Assembly (NCBI GenBank): GCA_938005615.1
Contig: CALLMV010000005.1
Location: forward strand, 8,323 to 72,322
Length of the DNA: 64,000 bases
From: an uncultured Verrucomicrobiae bacterium
GTDB lineage: Bacteria; Verrucomicrobiota; Verrucomicrobiia; JADLBR01; CALLMV01
Direction of reading: 5' to 3'
The translations under genes were made by a program, and so were the position numbers. Positions 53,470 through 63,417 of this stretch are shown one piece after another. How positions within the stretch are numbered: position 1 is the stretch's first letter; every line of letters starts with the position of its first letter. Below the pieces are notes generated by a model. It worked only from the letters and a program-made list of their open reading frames with translations, searched no databases and had not been told where the DNA came from.

Positions 53470-54870
53470 TCATTCAAAGCGTTTTTCCAAGAGGTTTTTT
53501 ATCTTTTCTCTGATGCCATCGAATCCCCCGTTTGACAGGATAAGAACCACATCGCCTTTGCGTAAGCGTGCAGCCAAGTGATCAAGAATATCATGAACGC
53601 CAGGCTGATAGTACGCATCTCTGCCTAAGTTACGAATGTCACTAATCACGCGTTCAGGATCTAATCTTTCTTCTGGAGCTAGCTGATCGAGCCTTGCCAC
53701 TTGGGAAATATAAACGCCATCGGCTTCTGCGAGGGCCAGGGGTAATTCCTTTTGGAACACTGCGCGGCGCGTAGTGTTTGAACGTGGCTCGAAAATCGCC
53801 CACAACCTTCGGCCGGGGAAGCGACCACGCACGGCGCGTATCGTAGCACGTATGGCTGTTGGGTGGTGACCAAAATCATCGACTACCGTGATGCCTGCCG
53901 TCTCAACAACGACTTCCTGCCGACGCTCAACACCCCGGAAGCGCCTGAGTGCTTCTGCACCCTCTGGCAGCTGCACTCCGTATGCATGCGCAGCCATCAA
54001 TGCCATCGAGGCGTTGCGTGCGTTATGTTCGCCGTGGATGCGTAGTCGCACGGGCTGACCGATGATCTCGAATGAAGCTCCCTCGGCGTCCTGACTGAAG
54101 TTGCTGATGCGCATCGCAGCGTTGTTTGAAAAGCCGACTTCGTTGACGGGCGCGAAGGCATTTGACGTGACTCGCACGGCGTTAGCGTCGTCCGCATTCA
54201 CCAAGATAATTCCCCGGCGCGGGACAAGTGCTACGAGACGACGAAAGCTCGTCTCTACGTCTGCAAGGCTTGAGAAAATGTCTGCATGGTCGAATTCCAC
54301 GTTGTTGATGATCACTGTCTCAGGCAGGTAATGCAGAAATTTCGAACGTTTATCAAAGAATGCTGTGTCATACTCGTCGCCTTCAAGCACCCAAAGTTTC
54401 CCTCCACTCCAATGCGCACCGGTTCCGAAGTCAATCGGCACACCGCCAATCAGGAATGAAGGCTGACGGCCACTATGCCTCAAAATGTGTGCGAGCATGG
54501 CAGATGTAGTGGTTTTGCCGTGTGTGCCGCTGACAACGATGTTGCTGGAGTGCCAGAGAAAGGCCTCACGCAGCAGCTCTGGCAAAGAAGTATACCGAAG
54601 GCCCAGATCGAGGACTTCCTCCAACTCGCCGTGCCCTCGAGAAATGGCATTACCAACCACGACAAGATCGGGACGAGGCCTTAAGTTTTCAGGGCGATAT
54701 CCCTCCGTGTACTTCACCCCGGATTCGGTAAGGATTCGCGACATCGGTGGATAAACTTTTTCATCGGAGCCAGTGACTCTGCAGCCTGCGTTTTGCAGCA
54801 TAACGGCAACATTGCCCATAGCCGTACCCGCTATGCCAATGAAGTGAATGTGTTTTCCTTTGATTTCCAC
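53470..54870 (-). CDS. mpl: UDP-N-acetylmuramate:L-alanyl-gamma-D-glutamyl-meso-DAP ligase (murein peptide ligase)
   Basis: HFIGIAGTAMGNVA...VTGSDEKVYPPMS (VYPPMS is Mpl-specific), Mur ligase central and C-terminal domains. Confidence 0.8.
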   Translation of the reverse strand: MEIKGKHIHFIGIAGTAMGNVAVMLQNAGCRVTGSDEKVYPPMSRILTESGVKYTEGYRPENLRPRPDLVVVGNAISRGHGELEEVLDLGLRYTSLPELLREAFLWHSSNIVVSGTHGKTTTSAMLAHILRHSGRQPSFLIGGVPIDFGTGAHWSGGKLWVLEGDEYDTAFFDKRSKFLHYLPETVIINNVEFDHADIFSSLADVETSFRRLVALVPRRGIILVNADDANAVRVTSNAFAPVNEVGFSNNAAMRISNFSQDAEGASFEIIGQPVRLRIHGEHNARNASMALMAAHAYGVQLPEGAEALRRFRGVERRQEVVVETAGITVVDDFGHHPTAIRATIRAVRGRFPGRRLWAIFEPRSNTTRRAVFQKELPLALAEADGVYISQVARLDQLAPEERLDPERVISDIRNLGRDAYYQPGVHDILDHLAARLRKGDVVLILSNGGFDGIREKIKNLLEKRFE

Positions 54871-54994
54871 TGTTTGAAATTAGCAAAGAGCTAGTCGCAA
54901 GAACACCAGGAAATTATCGCTTTGAGCGAAGTAAAAAAATGATGACGCAACATCGATCCCTTGAATTTGTGCGTTTGGCTATCAATATGAATGC

Positions 54995-55198
54995 ATGTTA
55001 ACTAAGCGGAGAGCAGATTCGCGATACGCTACGCTGTGGCTCATACTCAAGACCCACGCAACGTCCTTTAGCCTCTGGGATGTTGCGCGTTTGCTGATGG
55101 CCCTGGCTGTCATCGCTGCCGGGCATATCGTGCATGCACTACGCTTGAAACATGAGTGGCGCTGGGATGAAATTTTGCAAAATATTGGAAGATCATGA
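54995..55198 (+). CDS. possible small one-TM protein, translationally coupled (ATGA) to the next gene
   Basis: 67-aa ORF; its stop overlaps the downstream ATG by 4 nt; hydrophobic LLMALAVIAAGHIV. Could be spurious. Confidence 0.25.
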   Translation: MLTKRRADSRYATLWLILKTHATSFSLWDVARLLMALAVIAAGHIVHALRLKHEWRWDEILQNIGRS

Positions 55199-55680
55199 AT
55201 GAGTATTTCGAAAGTGCGGTTCAGGAGATTTGTCGGCGTGATCCACGCTACTCGAAGGATGCTTATGAATTTATGCGTGGGGCTCTTGACTTCACCGTAA
55301 AGAAGCTTCGCCGCGGTACTTTGAGACGTTCTTCTCGAAGGCATGTCTCGGCGTCAGAGTTGCTCGACGGCATCCGGGATTATGCATTGCAACTATTCGG
55401 ACCGCTCACAGTAGAAGTCTTCAGACACTGGGGAGTAAGCAGCTGCCGCGACTTTGGAAACATTGTGTTCAACTTGATCGAGGCAAAGGTTTTCGGCGCC
55501 AGTGAAAACGATCGGATTGAGGATTTCGAAAATGGGTACGACTTTGCAGAAGCATTTGAAAAACCCTTCCTGCCGCAAAAGCCTCTCCATATCCACAAAC
55601 ACAATCGTGCGGGTCGGATTAGCACTTCAAAAAATCGCGGGCACATCTCGCGCTCTCAAAAATCCCCCTCACAACCGTGA
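55195..55680 (+). CDS. conserved hypothetical soluble protein
   Basis: 161 aa, 4-nt overlap with the ABC ATPase. No motif recognised. Confidence 0.4.
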   Translation: MNEYFESAVQEICRRDPRYSKDAYEFMRGALDFTVKKLRRGTLRRSSRRHVSASELLDGIRDYALQLFGPLTVEVFRHWGVSSCRDFGNIVFNLIEAKVFGASENDRIEDFENGYDFAEAFEKPFLPQKPLHIHKHNRAGRISTSKNRGHISRSQKSPSQP

Positions 55681-56699
55681 ATAATCCGGTGATCGAGGCT
55701 CATAGCCTCACTAAGATTTTCCGCACTTATAAAAAATCCCCTGGATTGTTTGGTGCAGTCAAGGATCTCTTCCGCAGACAATACACCGAGGTGCCTGCCG
55801 CGGATGGGGTGACATTTAGTGTAAACGAAGGTGAGCTAGTTGGCTTTTTGGGACCCAACGGAGCGGGGAAAACAACGACTTTGAAAATGCTGTCCGGTCT
55901 GCTGCATCCCACCTCAGGACGGGCCACAGTCCTTGGGCACATTCCCTGGAGAAGGAGCAACGATTTTCGCCGGAGAATTGCCTTAGTCATGGGACAGAAA
56001 AATCAGTTGTGGTGGGATCTACCTGCTGCGGAATCTCTGGAATTAAACAGAGTCATCTACGGGCTGCCTCAGAAAAAAGCGCGGGAAAAGATCCGCTATC
56101 TTACGGAGCTTTTAAATGTGAGTAACAAACTCAATGTGATGGTTCGTGAACTATCGCTGGGTGAGAGGATGAAGTTTGAGTTGATTGCCGCGTTGCTGCA
56201 TGAGCCTGGAGTCCTACTGCTTGATGAACCTACGATCGGTTTGGACGTGATTTCCCAAAGAACGGTACGTGAATTTCTAGTCAATTACCAAAAATCGCAC
56301 AGGGTGACGATACTCCTCACCAGCCACTACATGCAGGATATTCGCGAGTTGTGCCGTAGGGTGATTATCATCGACCACGGCAAACTTCAATACGATGGCT
56401 CGCTTCAAGGTATTTTAGACAGATTTTCTATGGAAAAAATTGTCGCCCTCACCATCAGCAGCGATCGAGCTCGGGCCGCATTTCTCGCAGAGCATCCACA
56501 GGCCACTTGTGAGGGAGCTTGTGTTAGACTCAGAATACCACGCGGCGATGTGGCAGAGTTTTCTCGTGCGGTCTTAGCGGCACTGCCAGTCACCGACGTG
56601 AGCATTGAAGACATCCCAATCGAGGATGCGATTCGGGCGATGTTTCGCACCTCTTCACATAACCCCTCCCGCACGGCTCATTTGACAACCAAAGCTTAG
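55677..56699 (+). CDS. ABC transporter ATP-binding protein (ABC-2/DrrA-type, C-terminal extension)
   Basis: Walker A GPNGAGKTT, signature LSLGERMK, Walker B LLLDEPTIGLD, H-loop. No permease gene adjacent. Confidence 0.85.
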   Translation: MNNPVIEAHSLTKIFRTYKKSPGLFGAVKDLFRRQYTEVPAADGVTFSVNEGELVGFLGPNGAGKTTTLKMLSGLLHPTSGRATVLGHIPWRRSNDFRRRIALVMGQKNQLWWDLPAAESLELNRVIYGLPQKKAREKIRYLTELLNVSNKLNVMVRELSLGERMKFELIAALLHEPGVLLLDEPTIGLDVISQRTVREFLVNYQKSHRVTILLTSHYMQDIRELCRRVIIIDHGKLQYDGSLQGILDRFSMEKIVALTISSDRARAAFLAEHPQATCEGACVRLRIPRGDVAEFSRAVLAALPVTDVSIEDIPIEDAIRAMFRTSSHNPSRTAHLTTKA

Positions 56700-56721
56700 T
56701 GGCCAGACTTTGGGGGATTAT

Positions 56722-57039
56722 TTAGCTGTAACGGACATCCCTGCCGAGATCCATTTCGTAATCCAGGGTAAGTGATTCCACGGTGTGCGGTGCGAGATGA
56801 ACTTGCTCAAACTTCACGTAGACGGGGTGGCTACGGATCATTTCCAACTTAGCGCGTGACTCGCAATCAAATGCAAAGAAATACCTCCATTGGGCAATGA
56901 TGTTGAGGTTTTTGCCGGTGCGCAGATTTTGAATTTCGGGGATTTTGAGAAGATTGATACGCGTTTCTAGGATAAGGTTCTCCAGTTCGTCGGGGAGGAC
57001 GTCTTTCTTTAGTTCAACCAAAACGCAATGGTGGATCAT
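56722..57039 (-). CDS. Dabb-family stress-responsive alpha/beta-barrel protein
   Basis: MIHHCVLVELKKD start and about 100-aa size typical of Dabb. Confidence 0.55.
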   Translation of the reverse strand: MIHHCVLVELKKDVLPDELENLILETRINLLKIPEIQNLRTGKNLNIIAQWRYFFAFDCESRAKLEMIRSHPVYVKFEQVHLAPHTVESLTLDYEMDLGRDVRYS

Positions 57040-57175
57040 GAGGAGTCTTCTTGAATATGGGAAGTGTATCTACTGGTCAACCGCAGTTCATAACGTTCAT
57101 GAATTGTGAAAAACGTAGGAGCTCAGGCGTGGCAACCGTGTTGTTGCATTTGGAGCCCGTCAACCTCAAGTTGCG

Positions 57176-58435
57176 ATGATGGGTTTGGATATTAATAGAC
57201 GCCAGCGCCGTGCCTTTCTGTGTGATTTGATGCGGGCGAGTGCATCAGGAGTCGTGGAGGCATTTGCCGGAGGAATTTTCCTTTTAGTGGCGATCACGCG
57301 ACTTGAGGCAAGTAAAGCCGAACAAGCGCTGATAGCCACCGGGGGATCTTGGGGTCTTCTTCTCGGACCGCTTGTTGTATCATGCGTCAGGAACGTGGGT
57401 TGCCGTGTTCAGCATGCCATGGCGGCTCTGCATTTTCTGGGTGCTCTGGGTTTGGTGGCGGCAGCCCTTGCACAAAATTCATGGCTGTATTGCTTGGGAG
57501 GGGTTGTCGCTTTGGCGGCTGGTGGGATGGCTGTGCCTCTGGCTACCCAATACTATCAACAAAATTATCTGGAAGAGGTGCGGGGCAAATTGTTTGCAGT
57601 AGCATCAACCCTGCGACTGGGTGTGGCAGCAATTTTTGCATGGGCAATGGGCGAGAGCCTAGCACGCAACTTCACGACCTGGTCTGTGATGCCTGCTGCA
57701 TGTGCTCTGGCGATGGGGCTTGCTGGGGCAATCCTGTGGTTAAGCCCCGGAGATCGTCTCGACAAGAGCGCTGCAGCAGCAAAAAACCATTTCGAGCTCA
57801 GCTTTGCTGGCTCTCTGAAGTATCTTTGGCAGGATAGTAAATTCGCCTGGTTGATCGCTGTGTGGATGATGATGGGTTTTGGGAACTTGATGATGGTTCC
57901 TCTGCGGGTGAAGTATGTTGTTGAGGACCAGTTTGGGATCGGTCTCAACGAGGCAGAGGCGGCATTTTTGGTGGGTGTCGTTCCAGGCGTGGTCTTTTTT
58001 CTGACAACCTGGTGGATGGGAAGGCTGTTTGATGCCATGAATTTCTTTGTTTTGCGGAGCGTGCTCAACACGCTATTTCTTCTATCTATCATTGTTTACT
58101 TTTCTTCCACCTCGATGCCGGGGCTATTGCTTGGATCTGCGCTTTTGGGACTTGCCTTCTCAGGTGGTAATGTGGCCTGGAGTCTTTGGGTGACAAAAAT
58201 TGCGCCCGCAGATCGCGTAGCAGATTATATGTCTGTCCACACCTTCATGACTGGATTGCGCGGTCTGCTGGCGCCTGCTCTGGGCGTTTGGCTGACAACG
58301 AGCTGGAACATGACTCAAATTGTTTGGCTTAGTTCCATCCTCATCGCGTTATCAACACTTATGCTTGGACCTGAGCTTCGCACACTTTGGCGTAGGCGTG
58401 CGGGCCAACCAGTGAATAATCAAATCGCCGAATAA
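57176..58435 (+). CDS. MFS transporter
   Basis: 12 predicted TM helices in a 6+6 arrangement. Confidence 0.6.
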   Translation: MMGLDINRRQRRAFLCDLMRASASGVVEAFAGGIFLLVAITRLEASKAEQALIATGGSWGLLLGPLVVSCVRNVGCRVQHAMAALHFLGALGLVAAALAQNSWLYCLGGVVALAAGGMAVPLATQYYQQNYLEEVRGKLFAVASTLRLGVAAIFAWAMGESLARNFTTWSVMPAACALAMGLAGAILWLSPGDRLDKSAAAAKNHFELSFAGSLKYLWQDSKFAWLIAVWMMMGFGNLMMVPLRVKYVVEDQFGIGLNEAEAAFLVGVVPGVVFFLTTWWMGRLFDAMNFFVLRSVLNTLFLLSIIVYFSSTSMPGLLLGSALLGLAFSGGNVAWSLWVTKIAPADRVADYMSVHTFMTGLRGLLAPALGVWLTTSWNMTQIVWLSSILIALSTLMLGPELRTLWRRRAGQPVNNQIAE

Positions 58436-58492
58436 TCCTTGTTGCATACAAAGGTGTTTGGATTTTTTTCTCCTGTACTTTAATTACCTTGC

Positions 58493-59200
58493 ATGTTCCC
58501 CCTACTGGCAGCTTCAAGTGGTTTTTTATTTTCTTTGTCTGAAACGACCTGGGAATCCAGGGCGATTTTACTGATTCTATTTTCGGGTTCTATTTTTAGT
58601 TGGTCTGTCATGATCACCAAGTTTCTTGAGGTACGCGAAGCGAGGCGAAGCGGTGCTACATTTTATCGCGCCTACAGAGACAGCGGCAGCATCCTGGGTA
58701 TCTATGAACAGAGAAAAAAATTTGAAGGCACTCCGCTGTGGTACATCTATCAGGCCTGTTGCAAAGAGTTGATTTTTCAGCGAGGAGGCGGGACGGCAGA
58801 CGAACACGCGCAGCAGTTAAACACCACGTCCGTATCTGCTATACGATCCGCCATGGAGCGAGAGGTGGGTGTTCGCGCACTGAAGCTGGAAAACCACATG
58901 GTTTTACTGGCAATGGCTGTAAGCGGAGCACCTTTTCTTGGTTTACTTGGCACAGTATGGGGTGTGATGGAGACGTTCAGCGCCGTTGCACAGGCAGGTG
59001 CCGCAGATCTTCGTGCCATGGCACCGGGGGTTTCAGCCGCCTTGTTAACTACAGTCGTTGGACTTTTAGTAGCTATCCCTTCGATGTTTGGCTACAATTT
59101 TCTGGTCGCAACCATCCGGCAGTTAACTGTGGAAATGGACAACTTTGCCGCTGAACTAGCGGCTGCAGTCGAACACCAATTTTTGGGCAGTTCTAAATGA
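58493..59200 (+). CDS. tolQ: MotA/TolQ/ExbB proton-channel protein
   Basis: LGLLGTVWGVMETF...PGVSAALLTTVVGLLVAIP. Confidence 0.8.
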   Translation: MFPLLAASSGFLFSLSETTWESRAILLILFSGSIFSWSVMITKFLEVREARRSGATFYRAYRDSGSILGIYEQRKKFEGTPLWYIYQACCKELIFQRGGGTADEHAQQLNTTSVSAIRSAMEREVGVRALKLENHMVLLAMAVSGAPFLGLLGTVWGVMETFSAVAQAGAADLRAMAPGVSAALLTTVVGLLVAIPSMFGYNFLVATIRQLTVEMDNFAAELAAAVEHQFLGSSK

Positions 59201-59619
59201 AAAGGTTTTCCCAGAGAAGCGGCTACAGCTCGCTTGCTGAGCTAAATATTACACCACTTTTAGACCTAGCTTTTGTACTCTTGATCATATTCATGATCAC
59301 CGCCCCAGCGCTTGAACAAATGGTACCGCTTAACCCTCCTGATATGAGTGCCACTGAACGAAGTCTGGGCCGAGAAAACCTCAACCTTGTGGAGGTGGAT
59401 CGAACTGGAAAAATTTTATGGAATGGCCAAGACACCTCTCTTTCAGATTTGCAGTACATTATCCGCATGGCTGCTTCAGAAAAGCCACAGAAGCCGGTAG
59501 GAATTCGTGCGGATGGTGCTCTGGCTTATCAAAAAGTGGTGGATATCATTGCACTTCTGGAAAAGGAAAAAATCACTCGCTTTGGACTTTGGACAAAAGT
59601 CAAAGATACTGAAAAATAA
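59197..59619 (+). CDS. tolR: ExbD/TolR biopolymer transport protein
   Basis: ELNITPLLDLAFVLLIIFMIT. Confidence 0.8.
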   Translation: MKRFSQRSGYSSLAELNITPLLDLAFVLLIIFMITAPALEQMVPLNPPDMSATERSLGRENLNLVEVDRTGKILWNGQDTSLSDLQYIIRMAASEKPQKPVGIRADGALAYQKVVDIIALLEKEKITRFGLWTKVKDTEK

Positions 59620-59631
59620 AGAGGAAAATTC

Positions 59632-60699
59632 GTGTCACGTGTGGACTACACACTTCACCAGCCTGCCAGTAAAAACGGTCGTCTCGGACTTTTCCTATCC
59701 CTTGCCTTACATCTAGTCATCCTACTTTGGATTGTTGTTGTTTTGATAATACCACCTCCGAAAAAAGACTTTATCTTCATGGAGCTGATGCCGTTTGGTG
59801 ATCTTGTCGAAGGCCATCAGTCAGAACCCGAGGAACAAAAAAGTTCACCCTTAGAAAATTCCAAAGACGAACACAAAGCGGATGATATCACGACACAAAA
59901 ACCTGAGATTCCAACAACTCAAATTAACGGTGTCCCAGAAGACGTCCTCCCAGTTGCCCTCAACACACCCACCCCCACACCCACTAAAACCCCACAATCA
60001 CGACCAGCCACCACCCCCGTGCTCACCAGCCCTCAAAAAATACAATTGCCTCAAAGCACTCCGCAAAAGTCCCAACCCACACCCCAAGCTGCTACACCTA
60101 AGCCAGCGCCCAAAGCGACGCCTATCCCTAAACAAAACACAACCCCTGCCCCAACCCCTCGTAAGGTCGCTTCCTCGTCATCCGCAGCAGATGCCTCGCG
60201 ACCGGCAGCGGTATTGCGCGAGGTGAACCGACCACAAACTGCTCCTACGACACAGGCGGTCCCCACAAGACGTGCGGAGCCAGCTCCTAAACCAGAACCA
60301 AACACCGTAACGGACCCCGCCCAAGCTATTCGCGAAAGGTTAGCTCAGCGAGTCGGAAAAACCGGTGTCACTGGTCCGGAAAAACAGGGACAGAGCGGTA
60401 CTCGCAATCCGGCCAACCTTGGGCCAGAGGTCGCAGCATTCTATGCACACGTCAGGGATGTTTACCATCGTGCTTGGCGGCAGCCAATCCGTGAGAGTGG
60501 AGGATACTCTGCTGTGCTTAAGATAAGGCTCAGCCGTGATGGCACGGTACAGCAAAGCGTTCTGATTTCTCCCTCTGGCTCTGCTGCCATGGATGAATCC
60601 GTCCGCGCGGCAGCTCGGAATGTGACTCGTCTTGGTCGATCTGTGCCCGAGGCTTTAGAGGGGGAAACAGTTGAGGTTTCCATCACTTTTGAGTATTAG
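59632..60699 (+). CDS. tolA: TolA/TonB-like protein (N-terminal TM, Pro/Thr-rich spacer, C-terminal TonB-type domain)
   Basis: Membrane anchor, about 150 aa of PT-rich low complexity, C-terminal GTVQQSVLISPSG... domain. Sits between tolR and tolB. Confidence 0.55.
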   Translation: MSRVDYTLHQPASKNGRLGLFLSLALHLVILLWIVVVLIIPPPKKDFIFMELMPFGDLVEGHQSEPEEQKSSPLENSKDEHKADDITTQKPEIPTTQINGVPEDVLPVALNTPTPTPTKTPQSRPATTPVLTSPQKIQLPQSTPQKSQPTPQAATPKPAPKATPIPKQNTTPAPTPRKVASSSSAADASRPAAVLREVNRPQTAPTTQAVPTRRAEPAPKPEPNTVTDPAQAIRERLAQRVGKTGVTGPEKQGQSGTRNPANLGPEVAAFYAHVRDVYHRAWRQPIRESGGYSAVLKIRLSRDGTVQQSVLISPSGSAAMDESVRAAARNVTRLGRSVPEALEGETVEVSITFEY

Positions 60700-60705
60700 C
60701 ATGAT

Positions 60706-61851
60706 ATGAACATCAAATCCTCGCTACTGTTTTTGGCCTCAGTCTTGTTGTCTCTTAACGTCCTGTCGGCTCAGGTCACAGTGCGCAAAGGTTCCGTTCA
60801 GGTCCGATTTGACGGTATCATCGGCCAAGATGGCCCTAGCATCACAGCACTTGTACGAGAGCATTTGCAGAGATCCGGTGTAGTTCAAATTGGTACAGGC
60901 ATAGATGCAATCATCTCTGGCACTTCCACGACTGGCACCCTGGCCGGAAGAGTCACCGATTCTGCCAATCAACCCTTGCTTAGCAAAACTTACTCAGGAG
61001 ACTGGCGCGACAACGCTAACCGTTTCGCCGATGATATTGTCGAACTACTAACCGGCCAGCCGGGTATTGCAACAACACGTGTTGCATTCATCTCCCGACG
61101 CACCGGACATAAGGAACTATATATTATGGATATTAGCGGACAGCGGGTTATTCAACTCACAAACGATCGCACCATCAGTGGTGGCCCCTCGCTTGACAGA
61201 AACGCATCAAGAGTGGCCTACACTTCATACCGCAGCGGCTTCCCCGATGTCTATGTCATCGAACTTGCCACGGGGCGCCGTTCTCGAATTGCTGCATTCC
61301 CCGGACTTAATTCTGGGCCTGCATGGTCGCCGGATGGACGTCAAATTGCACTCACCCTCAGTTATCAAGGCAACCCCGAGATTTACATCATACCTGCCGC
61401 TGGTGGCACTCCGCAACGCATCACACGCGCCAGAGGCACTGATTCCTCTCCCGCCTGGGCGCCCGATGGGCGAGGATTGATTTATGTTAACGATGATGGC
61501 GGCTCTCCACGTTTGATGCGAATAAACTTGCCAGGTGGCCCGGCCACACCATTAAGAACAGGCCAGAGTTTCACTACAGAACCCTCGTGGTCGCCTAATG
61601 GCAAAAGAATCGCTTTTAACGCGCTTACCGGAGGCAATGTACACGTCTTTATCCATGAGCTTGAAACAGGACAAACGCGCCAACTGACTTCTGGTCAAAA
61701 CGATTTTGAAGATCCCTCCTGGACGCGTAATTCCCGTCACATCGTCGTTGCATCAAACGGACGACTTCTTCTTCTTGACGCGAATACCAGCCAAAGTTAT
61801 GTCATTAACAATGAACTCCCACAAAGCATGGAGCCTTCCTGCTCACTCTAA
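60706..61851 (+). CDS. tolB: Tol-Pal system beta-propeller protein TolB
   Basis: Repeated PD40 motifs SWSPDGRQIA, AWAPDGRGLIY, SWSPNGKRIAF. Confidence 0.85.
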   Translation: MNIKSSLLFLASVLLSLNVLSAQVTVRKGSVQVRFDGIIGQDGPSITALVREHLQRSGVVQIGTGIDAIISGTSTTGTLAGRVTDSANQPLLSKTYSGDWRDNANRFADDIVELLTGQPGIATTRVAFISRRTGHKELYIMDISGQRVIQLTNDRTISGGPSLDRNASRVAYTSYRSGFPDVYVIELATGRRSRIAAFPGLNSGPAWSPDGRQIALTLSYQGNPEIYIIPAAGGTPQRITRARGTDSSPAWAPDGRGLIYVNDDGGSPRLMRINLPGGPATPLRTGQSFTTEPSWSPNGKRIAFNALTGGNVHVFIHELETGQTRQLTSGQNDFEDPSWTRNSRHIVVASNGRLLLLDANTSQSYVINNELPQSMEPSCSL

Positions 61852-62428
61852 TCTGTTCATTTCGGCTCTTATCGTAGCAGTCTTAATTTTACCCGGATGT
61901 CGGAGCTCCCAGCCATCTGCAAATGTTCCCGGAAGCGCTCGCATGGACGGAATGTCCGATGAAGATTTGGCTTTTGGCCAGCCACTACCAGAGCGTGGCA
62001 ACTTCAACCCGATGTCGGATGTCAGCTATGCAGAGTTTACAGGCGGCAGCATGACAACCAACGTAAGCCGTACCTCTGACGAGCATACTGGTACAGATGC
62101 TGGGAAAATATATTTTGCTACTAACAGCAATGCGATAGTTCCGAGCCAAAGACCAAAACTCGATAAGATAGCCGCCTGGATGCGTGCAAACCCCACGCGT
62201 TCAATTCTCATTGCCGGCCACTGCGATGAGCGCGGCACTCTCGAGTACAACCGAGCACTGGGCGAACGACGTGCCATTGCAGTTCGTGACTACCTTATCG
62301 GCCTTGGCATCGCTGGAGACCGCCTCAACACATTCTCTTACGGTGAAGAAAAACCAGCTGTGCCAGGCACCGGACCTGCTGTATGGGCACAAAATCGCCG
62401 CGCAGAAATCGGTGTGATTAATGACTGA
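61811..62428 (+). CDS. pal: peptidoglycan-associated lipoprotein (OmpA-like domain)
   Basis: Lipobox-like LILPGC; OmpA_C motifs LIAGHCDERGT.EYN..LGERRA and RRAEI. The start is uncertain (61799, 61811 or the track's 61706) and overlaps the tolB 3' end. Confidence 0.75.
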   Translation: MNSHKAWSLPAHSNLFISALIVAVLILPGCRSSQPSANVPGSARMDGMSDEDLAFGQPLPERGNFNPMSDVSYAEFTGGSMTTNVSRTSDEHTGTDAGKIYFATNSNAIVPSQRPKLDKIAAWMRANPTRSILIAGHCDERGTLEYNRALGERRAIAVRDYLIGLGIAGDRLNTFSYGEEKPAVPGTGPAVWAQNRRAEIGVIND

Positions 62429-62471
62429 TTTTTTTATCTGTTATTTTAAAAATCCACCAGACGGGCCCTGA

Positions 62472-63407
62472 TTGCTAATGGCCAGACCCAGACAGATTAA
62501 AACTTTTCTCGTCAACTTGGCGATAACTTCAGCCGCGTTGATAACTGCAGTCATCACAGCCTTCGTGCTTGCTTATTATTTCAGAGAATCACTGCTGCTG
62601 CGAGGCTCCCAAGGCATTTTACATCACCTGACAGGATTCAGAAACACAGTACAAGAAGCGGAATTTCTCTCCGGTTCAAGGGGCATTTGCTTGAGAAATG
62701 TTATTTTTCGCAACCCTGCCGTATTTCGTGAACGGCCAGAATTTGCCAGAATTCGCGAAATCCTGGTGGAATTCGAAAAACCACTTTGGAGCAATGGCAC
62801 AATACAAATCAAACGCCTGTTCATGGATGTTGAGATTGTTCACGTCGTACTATGGGATAGGGATTCAATTAATCTGAGTTATCTCAGCGGTATGCGTCAA
62901 AATACTGAATCCGCCATTGGCTTGGAAACATTAGAAGATCAAGAAACTGTCAATTCCCAGAAACAAGCAAACATAAGAAGCTTTGAGTTAAAAATATCAC
63001 AAGTCGAATTTACTGACACCACTGGACGCAGGCGCTCGGTATCCACCAAATTTACCGAAGAAAGAAATCATAAATTCGAAAATCTTGTCGGAGCAAATGA
63101 TGTTATACGCAGTTTTACCGCACTCGTGATTATAGACCGCCCCATCCCTTCGGAAAAACTCCCTATTGGAAACCAAATCGCCATCCTAAGGAAAGCTGTC
63201 CCGCAGCAGGACGTCCTGGAAGCTAAAGCAACTGATGCTCCTTCCGAAGTGGGACGATCAATCAGTAGCCAAATATTCACCTCCGACCTACCGTCAGAAG
63301 CCCCTGTAAACCGCCCAGAGGAAATGGATCTCACGATGCAAGAAGATGAGATCCTCCCGCCAGAGTACACGCCCGAGGAGAGTCCTCCCACAACGAATGT
63401 GCCTTGA
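62472..63407 (+). CDS. hypothetical membrane-anchored protein downstream of pal
   Basis: N-terminal TM, acidic/Pro-rich C-terminus, no TPR repeats. Confidence 0.35.
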   Translation: MLMARPRQIKTFLVNLAITSAALITAVITAFVLAYYFRESLLLRGSQGILHHLTGFRNTVQEAEFLSGSRGICLRNVIFRNPAVFRERPEFARIREILVEFEKPLWSNGTIQIKRLFMDVEIVHVVLWDRDSINLSYLSGMRQNTESAIGLETLEDQETVNSQKQANIRSFELKISQVEFTDTTGRRRSVSTKFTEERNHKFENLVGANDVIRSFTALVIIDRPIPSEKLPIGNQIAILRKAVPQQDVLEAKATDAPSEVGRSISSQIFTSDLPSEAPVNRPEEMDLTMQEDEILPPEYTPEESPPTTNVP

Positions 63408-63417
63408 ATAGCAACAA

